Notes under the pieces: generated by a model
Databases searched by the model: none
Seen by the model: the letters and a program-made list of their open reading frames with translations, nothing else
Told to the model about the DNA's origin: nothing
Program-made: the position numbers and the translations under genes
From: Eledone cirrhosa
Taxonomy: Eukaryota
Direction: 5' to 3'
Assembly: GCA_964016885.1 (NCBI GenBank)
Contig: OZ024740.1
Coordinates: forward strand, 431,954,001-432,018,000
Length of the DNA stretch: 64,000 nt
In this document: positions 29,995 to 45,100 of the stretch, one piece after another
How positions within the stretch are numbered: the first letter of the stretch is position 1
Layout: every line of letters starts with the position of its first letter

Positions 29995-30087
29995 ATATAT
30001 CTCATGTCCTACCCACAATAACCTCTTAATATATTTCATGTCCTACCCACAATAAACTCTTAATATATCTCATGTCCTTCCCACAAT
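29995..30087. repeat. 34-bp minisatellite, about 2.7 copies (ATATATCTCATGTCCTACCCACAATAACCTCTTA)
   Basis: Copies start at 29995, 30029 and 30063. Confidence 0.9.
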
Positions 30088-30170
30088 CAATGACCCACCC
30101 TCCAAATTTGGAAAAACAAATGCAGACCACCCACCTTCCCAAACTCGGCAAACCGAACAAGACCATAATA

Positions 30171-33100
30171 GGCAAGACAGACATTATCAGACTACAGCTG
30201 TCATATTATATAGTTTCTACAACAGACCACAACAGTCACCAAATGGGAAAGACAGACATTATCAGGCTACAGCTGACATGTTATATAGTTTCTACAACAG
30301 ACCACAACAGTCACCTAGTGGGGAAGACAGACATTATCAGGCTACAGCTGTCATATTATATAGTTTCTACAACAGACCACAACAGTCACCAAATGGGGAA
30401 GACAGACAATATCAGGCTACAGCTGTCATATTATATAGTTTCTACAACAGACCACAACAGTCACCTAGTGGGGAAGACAGACATTATCAGGCTACAGCCG
30501 TCATATTATATAGTTTCTACAACAGACCACAACAGTCACCTAGTGGGGAAGACAGACATTATCAGGCTACAGCTGTCATGTTTTATAGTTTCTACAACAG
30601 ACCACAACAGTCACCAAATGGGGAAGACAGACAATATCAGGCTACAGCTGTCATATTATATAGTTTCTACAACAGACCACAACAGTCACCTAGTGGGGAA
30701 GACAGACATTATCAGGCTACAGCTGTCATATTATATAGTTTCTACAACAGACCACAACAGTCACCTAGTGGGGAAGACAGACATTATCAGGCTACAGCCG
30801 TCATATTATATAGTTTCTACAACAGACCACAACAGTCACCTAGTGGGGAAGACAGACATTATCAGGCTACAGCTGTCATGTTTTATAGTTTCTACAACAG
30901 ACCACAACAGTCACCAAATGGGGAAGACAGACAATATCAGGCTACAGCTGTCATATTATATAGTTTCTACAACAGACCACAACAGTCACCTAGTGGGGAA
31001 GACAGACATTATCAGGCTACAGCTGTCATATTATATAGTTTCTACAACAGACCACAACAGTCACCTAGTGGGGAAGACAGACATTATCAGGCTACAGCCG
31101 TCATATTATATAGTTTCTACAACAGACCACAACAGTCACCTAGTGGGGAAGACAGACACTATCAGGCTACAGCTGCCATGTTATATAGTTTCTACAACAG
31201 ACCACAACAGTCACCTAGTGGGGAAGACAGACATTATCTGGCTACAGCTGTCATATTATATAGTTTCTACAACAGACCACAACAGTCACCAAATGGGGAA
31301 GACAGACAATATCAGGCTACAGCTGTCATATTATATAGTTTCTACAACAGACCACAACAGTCACCTAGTGGGGAAGACAGACATTATCAGGCTACAGCCG
31401 TCATATTATATAGTTTCTACAACAGACCACAACAGTCACCTAGTGGGGAAGACAGACATTATCAGGCTACAGCTGTCATGTTTTATAGTTTCTACAACAG
31501 ACCACAACAGTCACCAAATGGGGAAGACAGACAATATCAGGCTACAGCTGTCATATTATATAGTTTCTACAACAGACCACAACAGTCACCTAGTGGGGAA
31601 GACAGACATTATCAGGCTACAGCTGTCATATTATATAGTTTCTACAACAGACCACAACAGTCACCTAGTGGGGAAGACAGACATTATCGGGCTACAGCTG
31701 TCATATTATATAGTTTATACAACAGACCACAACAGTCACCTAGTGGGGAAGACAGACATTATCAGGCTACAGCTGTCATGTTATATAGTTTCTACAACAG
31801 ACCACAACAGTCACCAAATGGGGAAGACAGACATTATCAGGCTACAGCTGTCATATTATATAGTTTCTACAACAGACCACAACAGTCACCTAGTGGGGAA
31901 GACAGACATTATCAGGCTACAGCTGTCATATTACATAGTTTCTACAACAGAACACAACAGTCACCTAGTGGGGAAGACAGACATTATCAGGCTACAGCTG
32001 TCATATTACATAGTTTCTACAACAGACCACAACAGTCACCAAATGGGCAAGATAGACATTATCAGGCTACAGCTGTCATATTATATAGTTTCTACAACAG
32101 ACCACAACAGTCACCTAGTGGGGAAGACAGACATTATCTGGCTACAGCTGCCATATTTTATAGTTTCTACAACAGACCACAACAGTCACCTAGTGTGGAA
32201 GACAGACATTATCAGGCTACAGCTGTCATATTATATAGTTTCTACAACAGACCACAACAGTCACCTAGTGGGGAAGACAGACATTATCTGGCTACAGCTG
32301 CCATATTATATAGTTTCTACAACAGACCACAACAGTCACCAAATGGGGAAGACAGACAATATCAGGCTACAGGTGTCATATTATATAGTTTCTACAACAG
32401 ACCACAACAGTCACCAAATGGGGAAGACAGACATTATCAGGCTACAGCTGTCATATTATATAGTTTCTACAACAGACCACAACAGTCACCTAGTGGGGAA
32501 GACAGACATTATCGGGCTACAGCCGTCATATTATATAGTTTCTACAACAGACCACAACAGTCACCTAGTGGGGAAGACAGACATTATCAGGCTACAGCTG
32601 TCATGTTTTATAGTTTCTACAACAGACCACAACAGTCACCAAATGGGGAAGACAGACAATATCAGGCTACAGCTGTCATATTATATAGTTTCTACAACAG
32701 ACCACAACAGTCACCAAATGGGGAAGACAGACATTATCAGGCTACAGCTGTCATATTATATAGTTTCTACAACAGACCACAACAGTCACCAAATGGGGAA
32801 GACAGACAATATCAGGCTACAGCTGTCCTATTATATAGTTTCTACAACAGACCACAACAGTCACCTAGTGGGGAAGACAGACATTATCAGGCTACAGCTG
32901 TCATATTATATAGTTTCTACAACAATCCACAACAGTCACCTAGTGGGGAAGACAGACATTATCAGGCTACAGCTGCCATATTATATAGTTTCTACAACAG
33001 ACCACAACAGTCACCTAGTGGGGAAGACAGACATTATCTGGCTACAGCTGTCATATTATGTAGTTTCTACAACAGACCACAACAGTCACCAAATGGGGAA

Positions 33101-36100
33101 GACAGACAATATCAGGCTACAGCTGTCCTATTATATAGTTTCTACAACAGACCACAACAGTCACCAAATGGGGAAGACAGACATTATCAGGCTACAGCTG
33201 CCATATTATATAGTTTCTACAACAGACCACAACAGTCACCAAATGGGGAAGACAGACATTATCTGGCTACAGCTGTCATATTATGTAGTTTCTACAACAG
33301 ACCACAACAGTCACCAAATGGGGAAGACAGACAATATCAGGCTACAGCTGTCCTATTATATAGTTTCTACAACAGACCACAACAGTCACCTAGTGGGGAA
33401 GACAGACATTATCAGGCTACAGCTGTCATATTATATAGTTTCTACAACAATCCACAACAGTCACCTAGTGGGGAAGACAGACATTATCTGGCTACAGCTG
33501 TCATATTATGTAGTTTCTACAACAGACCACAACAGTCACCAAATGGGGAAGACAGACATTATCAGGCTACAGCTGCCATATTATATAGTTTCTACAACAG
33601 ACCACAACAGTCACCTAGTGGGGAAGACAGACATTATCTGGCTACAGCTGTCATATTATGTAGTTTCTACAACAGACCACAACAGTCACCAAATGGGGAA
33701 GACAGACAATATCAGGCTACAGCTGTCATATTATATAGTTTCTACAACAGACCACAACAGTCACCTAGTGGGGAAGACAGACATTATCAGGCTACAGCTG
33801 TCATATTATATAGTTTCTACAACAGACCACAACAGTCACCAAATGGGGAAGACAGACATTATCAGGTTACAGCTGCCATATTACATAGTTTCTACAACAG
33901 ACCACAACAGTCACCTAGTGGGGAAGACAGACATTATCAGGCTATAGCTGTCATGTTATATAGTTTCTACAACAGACCACAACAGTCACCAAATGGGGAA
34001 GACAGACAATATCAGGCTACAGCTGTCATATTATATAGTTTCTACAACAGACCACAACAGTCACCTAGTGGGGAAGACAGACATTATCAGGCTACAGCTG
34101 TCATATTATATAGTTTATACAACAGACCACAACAGTCACCTAGTGGGGAAGACAGACATTATCAGGCTACAGCTGTCATATTATATAGTTTCTACAACAG
34201 ACCACAACAGTCACCTAGTGGGGAAGACAGACATTATCAGGCTACAGCTGTCATATTATATAGTTTCTACAACAGACCACAACAGTCACCTAGTGGGGAA
34301 GACAGACATTATCAGGCTACAGCTGTCATATTATATAGTTTATACAACAGACCACAACAGTCACCTAGTGGGGAAGACAGACATTATCAGGCTACAGCTG
34401 TCATGTTATATAGTTTCTACAACAGAACACAACAGTCACCAAATGGGAAAGACAGACATTATCAGGCTACAGCTGCCATATTATATAGTTTCTACAACAG
34501 ACCACAACAGTCACCAAATGGGGAAGACAGACAATATCAGGCTACAGCTGTCATATTATATAGTTTCTACAACAGACCACAACAGTCACCAAATGGGGAA
34601 GACAGACAATATCAGGCTACAGCTGTCATATTATATAGTTTCTACAACAGACCACAACAGTCACCAAATGGGGAAGACAGACAATATCAGGCTACAGCTG
34701 TCATATTATATAGTTTCTACAACAGACCACAACAGTCACCAAATGGGGAAGACAGACATTATCAGGCTACAGCTGTCATATTATATAGTTTCTACAACAG
34801 ACCACAACAGTCACCAAATGGGGAAGACAGACAATATCAGGCTACAGCTGTCCTATTATATAGTTTCTACAACAGACCACAACAGTCACCTAGTGGGGAA
34901 GACAGACATTATCAGGCTACAGCTGTCATATTATATAGTTTCTACAACAATCCACAACAGTCACCAAATGGGGAAGACAGACATTATCAGGCTACAGCTG
35001 CCATATTATATAGTTTCTACAACAGACCACAACAGTCACCTAGTGGGGAAGACAGACATTATCTGGCTACAGCTGTCATATTATGTAGTTTCTACAACAG
35101 ACCACAACAGTCACCAAATGGGGAAGACAGACATTATCAGGCTACAGCTGCCATATTATATAGTTTCTACAACAGACCACAACAGTCACCAAATGGGGAA
35201 GACAGACAATATCAGGCTACAGCTGTCATATTATATAGTTTCTACAACAGACCACAACAGTCACCAAATGGGGAAGACAGACAATATCAGGCTACAGCTG
35301 TCATATTATATAGTTTCTACAACAGACCACAACAGTCACCAAATGGGGAAGACAGACATTATCAGGCTACAGCTGTCATATTATATAGTTTCTACAACAG
35401 ACCACAACAGTCACCAAATGGGGAAGACAGACAATATCAGGCTACAGCTGTCATATTATATAGTTTCTACAACAGACCACAACAGTCACCAAATGGGGAA
35501 GACAGACAATATCAGGCTACAGCTGTCATATTATATAGTTTCTACAACAGACCACAACAGTCACCAAATGGGGAAGACAGACATTATCAGGCTACAGCTG
35601 TCATATTATATAGTTTCTACAACAGACCACAACAGTCACCAAATGGGGAAGACAGACAATATCAGGCTACAGCTGTCCTATTATATAGTTTCTACAACAG
35701 ACCACAACAGTCACCTAGTGGGGAAGACAGACATTATCAGGCTACAGCTGTCATATTATATAGTTTCTACAACAATCCACAACAGTCACCAAATGGGGAA
35801 GACAGACATTATCAGGCTACAGCTGCCATATTATATAGTTTCTACAACAGACCACAACAGTCACCTAGTGGGGAAGACAGACATTATCTGGCTACAGCTG
35901 TCATATTATGTAGTTTCTACAACAGACCACAACAGTCACCAAATGGGGAAGACAGACATTATCAGGCTACAGCTGCCATATTATATAGTTTCTACAACAG
36001 ACCACAACAGTCACCAAATGGGGAAGACAGACAATATCAGGCTACAGCTGTCATATTATATAGTTTCTACAACAGACCACAACAGTCACCAAATGGGGAA

Positions 36101-39100
36101 GACAGACAATATCAGGCTACAGCTGTCATATTATATAGTTTCTACAACAGACCACAACAGTCACCAAATGGGGAAGACAGACATTATCAGGCTACAGCTG
36201 TCATATTATATAGTTTCTACAACAGACCACAACAGTCACCAAATGGGGAAGACAGACAATATCAGGCTACAGCTGTCATATTATATAGTTTCTACAACAG
36301 ACCACAACAGTCACCAAATGGGGAAGACAGACATTATCAGGCTACAGCTGTCATATTATATAGTTTCTACAACAGACCACAACAGTCACCTAGTGGGGAA
36401 GACAGACATTATCAGGCTACAGCTGTCATATTATATAGTTTCTACAACAGACCACAACAGTCACCTAGTGGGGAAGACAGACATTATCAGGCTACAGCCG
36501 TCATATTATATAGTTTCTACAACAGACCACAACAGTCACCTAGTGGGGAAGACAGACATTATCAGGCTACAGCTGTCATGTTTTATAGTTTCTACAACAG
36601 ACCACAACAGTCACCAAATGGGGAAGACAGACAATATCAGGCTACAGCTGTCATATTATATAGTTTCTACAACAGACCACAACAGTCACCTAGTGGGGAA
36701 GACAGACATTATCAGGCTACAGCTGTCATATTATATAGTTTCTACAACAGACCACAACAGTCACCTAGTGGGGAAGACAGACATTATCAGGCTACAGCCG
36801 TCATATTATATAGTTTCTACAACAGACCACAACAGTCACCTAGTGGGGAAGACAGACACTATCAGGCTACAGCTGCCATGTTATATAGTTTCTACAACAG
36901 ACCACAACAGTCACCTAGTGGGGAAGACAGACATTATCTGGCTACAGCTGTCATATTATATAGTTTCTACAACAGACCACAACAGTCACCAAATGGGGAA
37001 GACAGACAATATCAGGCTACAGCTGTCATATTATATAGTTTCTACAACAGACCACAACAGTCACCTAGTGGGGAAGACAGACATTATCAGGCTACAGCCG
37101 TCATATTATATAGTTTCTACAACAGACCACAACAGTCACCTAGTGGGGAAGACAGACATTATCAGGCTACAGCTGTCATGTTTTATAGTTTCTACAACAG
37201 ACCACAACAGTCACCAAATGGGGAAGACAGACAATATCAGGCTACAGCTGTCATATTATATAGTTTCTACAACAGACCACAACAGTCACCTAGTGGGGAA
37301 GACAGACATTATCAGGCTACAGCTGTCATATTATATAGTTTCTACAACAGACCACAACAGTCACCTAGTGGGGAAGACAGACATTATCAGGCTACAGCTG
37401 CCATATTATATAGTTTCTACAACAGACCACAACAGTCACCTAGTGGGGAAGACAGACATTATCGGGCTACAGCTGTCATATTATATAGTTTATACAACAG
37501 ACCACAACAGTCACCTAGTGGGGAAGACAGACATTATCAGGCTACAGCTGTCATGTTATATAGTTTCTACAACAGACCACAACAGTCACCAAATGGGGAA
37601 GACAGACATTATCAGGCTACAGCTGTCATATTATATAGTTTCTACAACAGACCACAACAGTCACCTAGTGGGGAAGACAGACATTATCAGGCTACAGCTG
37701 TCATATTACATAGTTTCTACAACAGAACACAACAGTCACCTAGTGGGGAAGACAGACATTATCAGGCTACAGCTGTCATATTACATAGTTTCTACAACAG
37801 ACCACAACAGTCACCAAATGGGCAAGATAGACATTATCAGGCTACAGCTGTCATATTATATAGTTTCTACAACAGACCACAACAGTCACCTAGTGGGGAA
37901 GACAGACATTATCTGGCTACAGCTGCCATATTTTATAGTTTCTACAACAGACCACAACAGTCACCTAGTGTGGAAGACAGACATTATCAGGCTACAGCTG
38001 TCATATTATATAGTTTCTACAACAGACCACAACAGTCACCTAGTGGGGAAGACAGACATTATCTGGCTACAGCTGCCATATTATATAGTTTCTACAACAG
38101 ACCACAACAGTCACCAAATGGGGAAGACAGACAATATCAGGCTACAGGTGTCATATTATATAGTTTCTACAACAGACCACAACAGTCACCAAATGGGGAA
38201 GACAGACATTATCAGGCTACAGCTGTCATATTATATAGTTTCTACAACAGACCACAACAGTCACCTAGTGGGGAAGACAGACATTATCGGGCTACAGCCG
38301 TCATATTATATAGTTTCTACAACAGACCACAACAGTCACCTAGTGGGGAAGACAGACATTATCAGGCTACAGCTGTCATGTTTTATAGTTTCTACAACAG
38401 ACCACAACAGTCACCAAATGGGGAAGACAGACAATATCAGGCTACAGCTGTCCTATTATATAGTTTCTACAACAGACCACAACAGTCACCTAGTGGGGAA
38501 GACAGACATTATCAGGCTACAGCTGTCATATTATATAGTTTCTACAACAATCCACAACAGTCACCTAGTGGGGAAGACAGACATTATCTGGCTACAGCTG
38601 TCATATTATGTAGTTTCTACAACAGACCACAACAGTCACCAAATGGGGAAGACAGACATTATCAGGCTACAGCTGCCATATTATATAGTTTCTACAACAG
38701 ACCACAACAGTCACCTAGTGGGGAAGACAGACATTATCTGGCTACAGCTGTCATATTATGTAGTTTCTACAACAGACCACAACAGTCACCAAATGGGGAA
38801 GACAGACAATATCAGGCTACAGCTGTCCTATTATATAGTTTCTACAACAGACCACAACAGTCACCTAGTGGGGAAGACAGACATTATCAGGCTACAGCTG
38901 TCATATTATATAGTTTCTACAACAATCCACAACAGTCACCTAGTGGGGAAGACAGACATTATCTGGCTACAGCTGTCATATTATGTAGTTTCTACAACAG
39001 ACCACAACAGTCACCAAATGGGGAAGACAGACATTATCAGGCTACAGCTGCCATATTATATAGTTTCTACAACAGACCACAACAGTCACCTAGTGGGGAA

Positions 39101-42100
39101 GACAGACATTATCTGGCTACAGCTGTCATATTATGTAGTTTCTACAACAGACCACAACAGTCACCAAATGGGGAAGACAGACAATATCAGGCTACAGCTG
39201 TCATATTATATAGTTTCTACAACAGACCACAACAGTCACCTAGTGGGGAAGACAGACATTATCAGGCTACAGCTGTCATATTATATAGTTTCTACAACAG
39301 ACCACAACAGTCACCAAATGGGGAAGACAGACATTATCAGGTTACAGCTGCCATATTACATAGTTTCTACAACAGACCACAACAGTCACCTAGTGGGGAA
39401 GACAGACATTATCAGGCTATAGCTGTCATGTTATATAGTTTCTACAACAGACCACAACAGTCACCAAATGGGGAAGACAGACAATATCAGGCTACAGCTG
39501 TCATATTATATAGTTTCTACAACAGACCACAACAGTCACCTAGTGGGGAAGACAGACATTATCAGGCTACAGCTGTCATATTATATAGTTTATACAACAG
39601 ACCACAACAGTCACCTAGTGGGGAAGACAGACATTATCAGGCTACAGCTGTCATATTATATAGTTTCTACAACAGACCACAACAGTCACCTAGTGGGGAA
39701 GACAGACATTATCAGGCTACAGCTGTCATATTATATAGTTTCTACAACAGACCACAACAGTCACCTAGTGGGGAAGACAGACATTATCAGGCTACAGCTG
39801 TCATATTATATAGTTTATACAACAGACCACAACAGTCACCTAGTGGGGAAGACAGACATTATCAGGCTACAGCTGTCATGTTATATAGTTTCTACAACAG
39901 AACACAACAGTCACCAAATGGGAAAGACAGACATTATCAGGCTACAGCTGCCATATTATATAGTTTCTACAACAGACCACAACAGTCACCAAATGGGGAA
40001 GACAGACAATATCAGGCTACAGCTGTCATATTATATAGTTTCTACAACAGACCACAACAGTCACCAAATGGGGAAGACAGACAATATCAGGCTACAGCTG
40101 TCATATTATATAGTTTCTACAACAGACCACAACAGTCACCAAATGGGGAAGACAGACAATATCAGGCTACAGCTGTCATATTATATAGTTTCTACAACAG
40201 ACCACAACAGTCACCAAATGGGGAAGACAGACATTATCAGGCTACAGCTGTCATATTATATAGTTTCTACAACAGACCACAACAGTCACCAAATGGGGAA
40301 GACAGACAATATCAGGCTACAGCTGTCCTATTATATAGTTTCTACAACAGACCACAACAGTCACCTAGTGGGGAAGACAGACATTATCAGGCTACAGCTG
40401 TCATATTATATAGTTTCTACAACAATCCACAACAGTCACCAAATGGGGAAGACAGACATTATCAGGCTACAGCTGCCATATTATATAGTTTCTACAACAG
40501 ACCACAACAGTCACCTAGTGGGGAAGACAGACATTATCTGGCTACAGCTGTCATATTATGTAGTTTCTACAACAGACCACAACAGTCACCAAATGGGGAA
40601 GACAGACATTATCAGGCTACAGCTGCCATATTATATAGTTTCTACAACAGACCACAACAGTCACCAAATGGGGAAGACAGACAATATCAGGCTACAGCTG
40701 TCATATTATATAGTTTCTACAACAGACCACAACAGTCACCAAATGGGGAAGACAGACAATATCAGGCTACAGCTGTCATATTATATAGTTTCTACAACAG
40801 ACCACAACAGTCACCAAATGGGGAAGACAGACATTATCAGGCTACAGCTGTCATATTATATAGTTTCTACAACAGACCACAACAGTCACCAAATGGGGAA
40901 GACAGACAATATCAGGCTACAGCTGTCATATTATATAGTTTCTACAACAGACCACAACAGTCACCAAATGGGGAAGACAGACAATATCAGGCTACAGCTG
41001 TCATATTATATAGTTTCTACAACAGACCACAACAGTCACCAAATGGGGAAGACAGACATTATCAGGCTACAGCTGTCATATTATATAGTTTCTACAACAG
41101 ACCACAACAGTCACCAAATGGGGAAGACAGACAATATCAGGCTACAGCTGTCCTATTATATAGTTTCTACAACAGACCACAACAGTCACCTAGTGGGGAA
41201 GACAGACATTATCAGGCTACAGCTGTCATATTATATAGTTTCTACAACAATCCACAACAGTCACCAAATGGGGAAGACAGACATTATCAGGCTACAGCTG
41301 CCATATTATATAGTTTCTACAACAGACCACAACAGTCACCTAGTGGGGAAGACAGACATTATCTGGCTACAGCTGTCATATTATGTAGTTTCTACAACAG
41401 ACCACAACAGTCACCAAATGGGGAAGACAGACATTATCAGGCTACAGCTGCCATATTATATAGTTTCTACAACAGACCACAACAGTCACCAAATGGGGAA
41501 GACAGACAATATCAGGCTACAGCTGTCATATTATATAGTTTCTACAACAGACCACAACAGTCACCAAATGGGGAAGACAGACAATATCAGGCTACAGCTG
41601 TCATATTATATAGTTTCTACAACAGACCACAACAGTCACCAAATGGGGAAGACAGACATTATCAGGCTACAGCTGTCATATTATATAGTTTCTACAACAG
41701 ACCACAACAGTCACCAAATGGGGAAGACAGACAATATCAGGCTACAGCTGTCATATTATATAGTTTCTACAACAGACCACAACAGTCACCAAATGGGGAA
41801 GACAGACATTATCAGGCTACAGCTGTCATATTATATAGTTTCTACAACAGACCACAACAGTCACCAAATGGGGAAGACAGACAATATCAGGCTACAGCTG
41901 TCCTATTATATAGTTTCTACAACAGACCACAACAGTCACCTAGTGGGGAAGACAGACATTATCAGGCTACAGCTGTCATATTATATAGTTTCTACAACAA
42001 TCCACAACAGTCACCAAATGGGGAAGACAGACATTATCAGGCTACAGCTGCCATATTATATAGTTTCTACAACAGACCACAACAGTCACCTAGTGGGGAA

Positions 42101-45100
42101 GACAGACATTATCTGGCTACAGCTGTCATATTATGTAGTTTCTACAACAGACCACAACAGTCACCAAATGGGGAAGACAGACATTATCAGGCTACAGCTG
42201 CCATATTATATAGTTTCTACAACAGACCACAACAGTCACCAAATGGGGAAGACAGACAATATCAGGCTACAGCTGTCATATTATATAGTTTCTACAACAG
42301 ACCACAACAGTCACCAAATGGGGAAGACAGACAATATCAGGCTACAGCTGTCATATTATATAGTTTCTACAACAGACCACAACAGTCACCAAATGGGGAA
42401 GACAGACATTATCAGGCTACAGCTGTCATATTATATAGTTTCTACAACAGACCACAACAGTCACCAAATGGGGAAGACAGACAATATCAGGCTACAGCTG
42501 TCATATTATATAGTTTCTACAACAGACCACAACAGTCACCAAATGGGGAAGACAGACAATATCAGGCTACAGCTGTCATATTATATAGTTTCTACAACAG
42601 ACCACAACAGTCACCAAATGGGGAAGACAGACATTATCAGGCTACAGCTGTCATATTATATAGTTTCTACAACAGACCACAACAGTCACCAAATGGGGAA
42701 GACAGACAATATCAGGCTACAGCTGTCCTATTATATAGTTTCTACAACAGACCACAACAGTCACCTAGTGGGGAAGACAGACATTATCAGGCTACAGCTG
42801 TCATATTATATAGTTTCTACAACAATCCACAACAGTCACCAAATGGGGAAGACAGACATTATCAGGCTACAGCTGCCATATTATATAGTTTCTACAACAG
42901 ACCACAACAGTCACCTAGTGGGGAAGACAGACATTATCTGGCTACAGCTGTCATATTATGTAGTTTCTACAACAGACCACAACAGTCACCAAATGGGGAA
43001 GACAGACATTATCAGGCTACAGCTGCCATATTATATAGTTTCTACAACAGACCACAACAGTCACCTAGTGGGGAAGACAGACATTATCTAGCTACAGCTG
43101 TCATATTATGTAGTTTCTACAACAGACCACAACAGTCACCAAATGGGGAAGACAGACAATATCAGGCTACAGCTGTCATATTATATAGTTTCTACAACAG
43201 ACCACAACAGTCACCTAGTGGGGAAGACAGACATTATCTGGCTACAGCTGCCATATTACATAGTTTCTACAACAGACCACAACAGTCACCTAGTGGGGAA
43301 GACAGACATTATCAGGCTACAGCTGCCATATTACATAGTTTCTACAACAGAACACAACAGTCACCAAATGGGGAAGACAGACATTATCTGGCTACAGCTG
43401 TCATATTATGTAGTTTCTACAACAGACCACAACAGTCACCAAATGGGGAAGACAGACATTATCAGGCTACAGCTGTCATATTACATAGTTTCTACAACAG
43501 ACCACAACAGTCACCTAGTGGGGAAGACAGACATTATCAGGCTACAGCTGCCATATTATATAGTTTCTACAACAGACCACAACAGTCACCTAGTGGGGAA
43601 GACAGACATTATCTGGCTACAGCTGCCATATTATATAGTTTCTACAACAGACCACAACAGTCACCTAGTGGGGAAGACAGACATTATCAGGCTACAGCTG
43701 TCATATTATATAGTTTCTACAACAGACCACAACAGTCACCTAGTGGGGAAGACAGACATTATCAGGCTACAGCTGTCATATTATATAGTTTATACAACAG
43801 ACCACAACAGTCACCTAGTGGGGAAGACAGACATTATCAGGCTACAGCTGTCATGTTATATAGTTTCTACAACAGAACACAACAGTCACCAAATGGGAAA
43901 GACAGACATTATCAGGCTACAGCTGCCATATTATATAGTTTCTACAACAGACCACAACAGTCACCAAATGGGGAAGACAGACAATATCAGGCTACAGCTG
44001 TCATATTATATAGTTTCTACAACAGACCACAACAGTCACCAAATGGGGAAGACAGACATTATCAGGCTACAGCTGTCATATTATATAGTTTCTACAACAG
44101 ACCACAACAGTCACCTAGTGGGGAAGACAGACATTATCAGGCTACAGCCGTCATATTATATAGTTTCTACAACAGATCACAACAGTCACCTAGTGGGGAA
44201 GACAGACATTATCAGGCTACAGCCGTCATATTATATAGTTTCTACAACAGACCACAACAGTCACCTAGTGGGGAAGACAGACACTATCAGGCTACAGCTG
44301 TCATATTATATAGTTTCTACAACAGACCACAACAGTCACCAAATGGGGAAGACAGACAATATCAGGCTACAGCTGTCATATTATATAGTTTCTACAACAG
44401 ACCACAACAGTCACCAAATGGGGAAGACAGACATTATCAGGCTACAGCTGCCATGTTATATAGTTTCTACAACAGACCACAACAGTCACCTAGTGGGGAA
44501 GACAGACATTATCTGGCTACAGCTGTCATATTATATAGTTTCTACAACAGACCACAACAGTCACCAAATGGGGAAGACAGACATTATCAGGCTACAGCTG
44601 TCATATTATATAGTTTCTACAACAGACCACAACAGTCACCTAGTGGGGAAGACAGACATTATCAGGCTACAGCCGTCATATTATATAGTTTCTACAACAG
44701 ATCACAACAGTCACCTAGTGGGGAAGACAGACATTATCAGGCTACAGCCGTCATATTATATAGTTTCTACAACAGACCACAACAGTCACCTAGTGGGGAA
44801 GACAGACACTATCAGGCTACAGCTGTCATATTATATAGTTTCTACAACAGACCACAACAGTCACCAAATGGGGAAGACAGACAATATCAGGCTACAGCTG
44901 TCATATTATATAGTTTCTACAACAGACCACAACAGTCACCAAATGGGGAAGACAGACATTATCAGGCTACAGCTGTCATATTATATAGTTTCTACAACAG
45001 ACCACAACAGTCACCAAATGGGGAAGACAGACAATATCAGGCTACAGCTGTCCTATTATATAGTTTCTACAACAGACCACAACAGTCACCTAGTGGGGAA

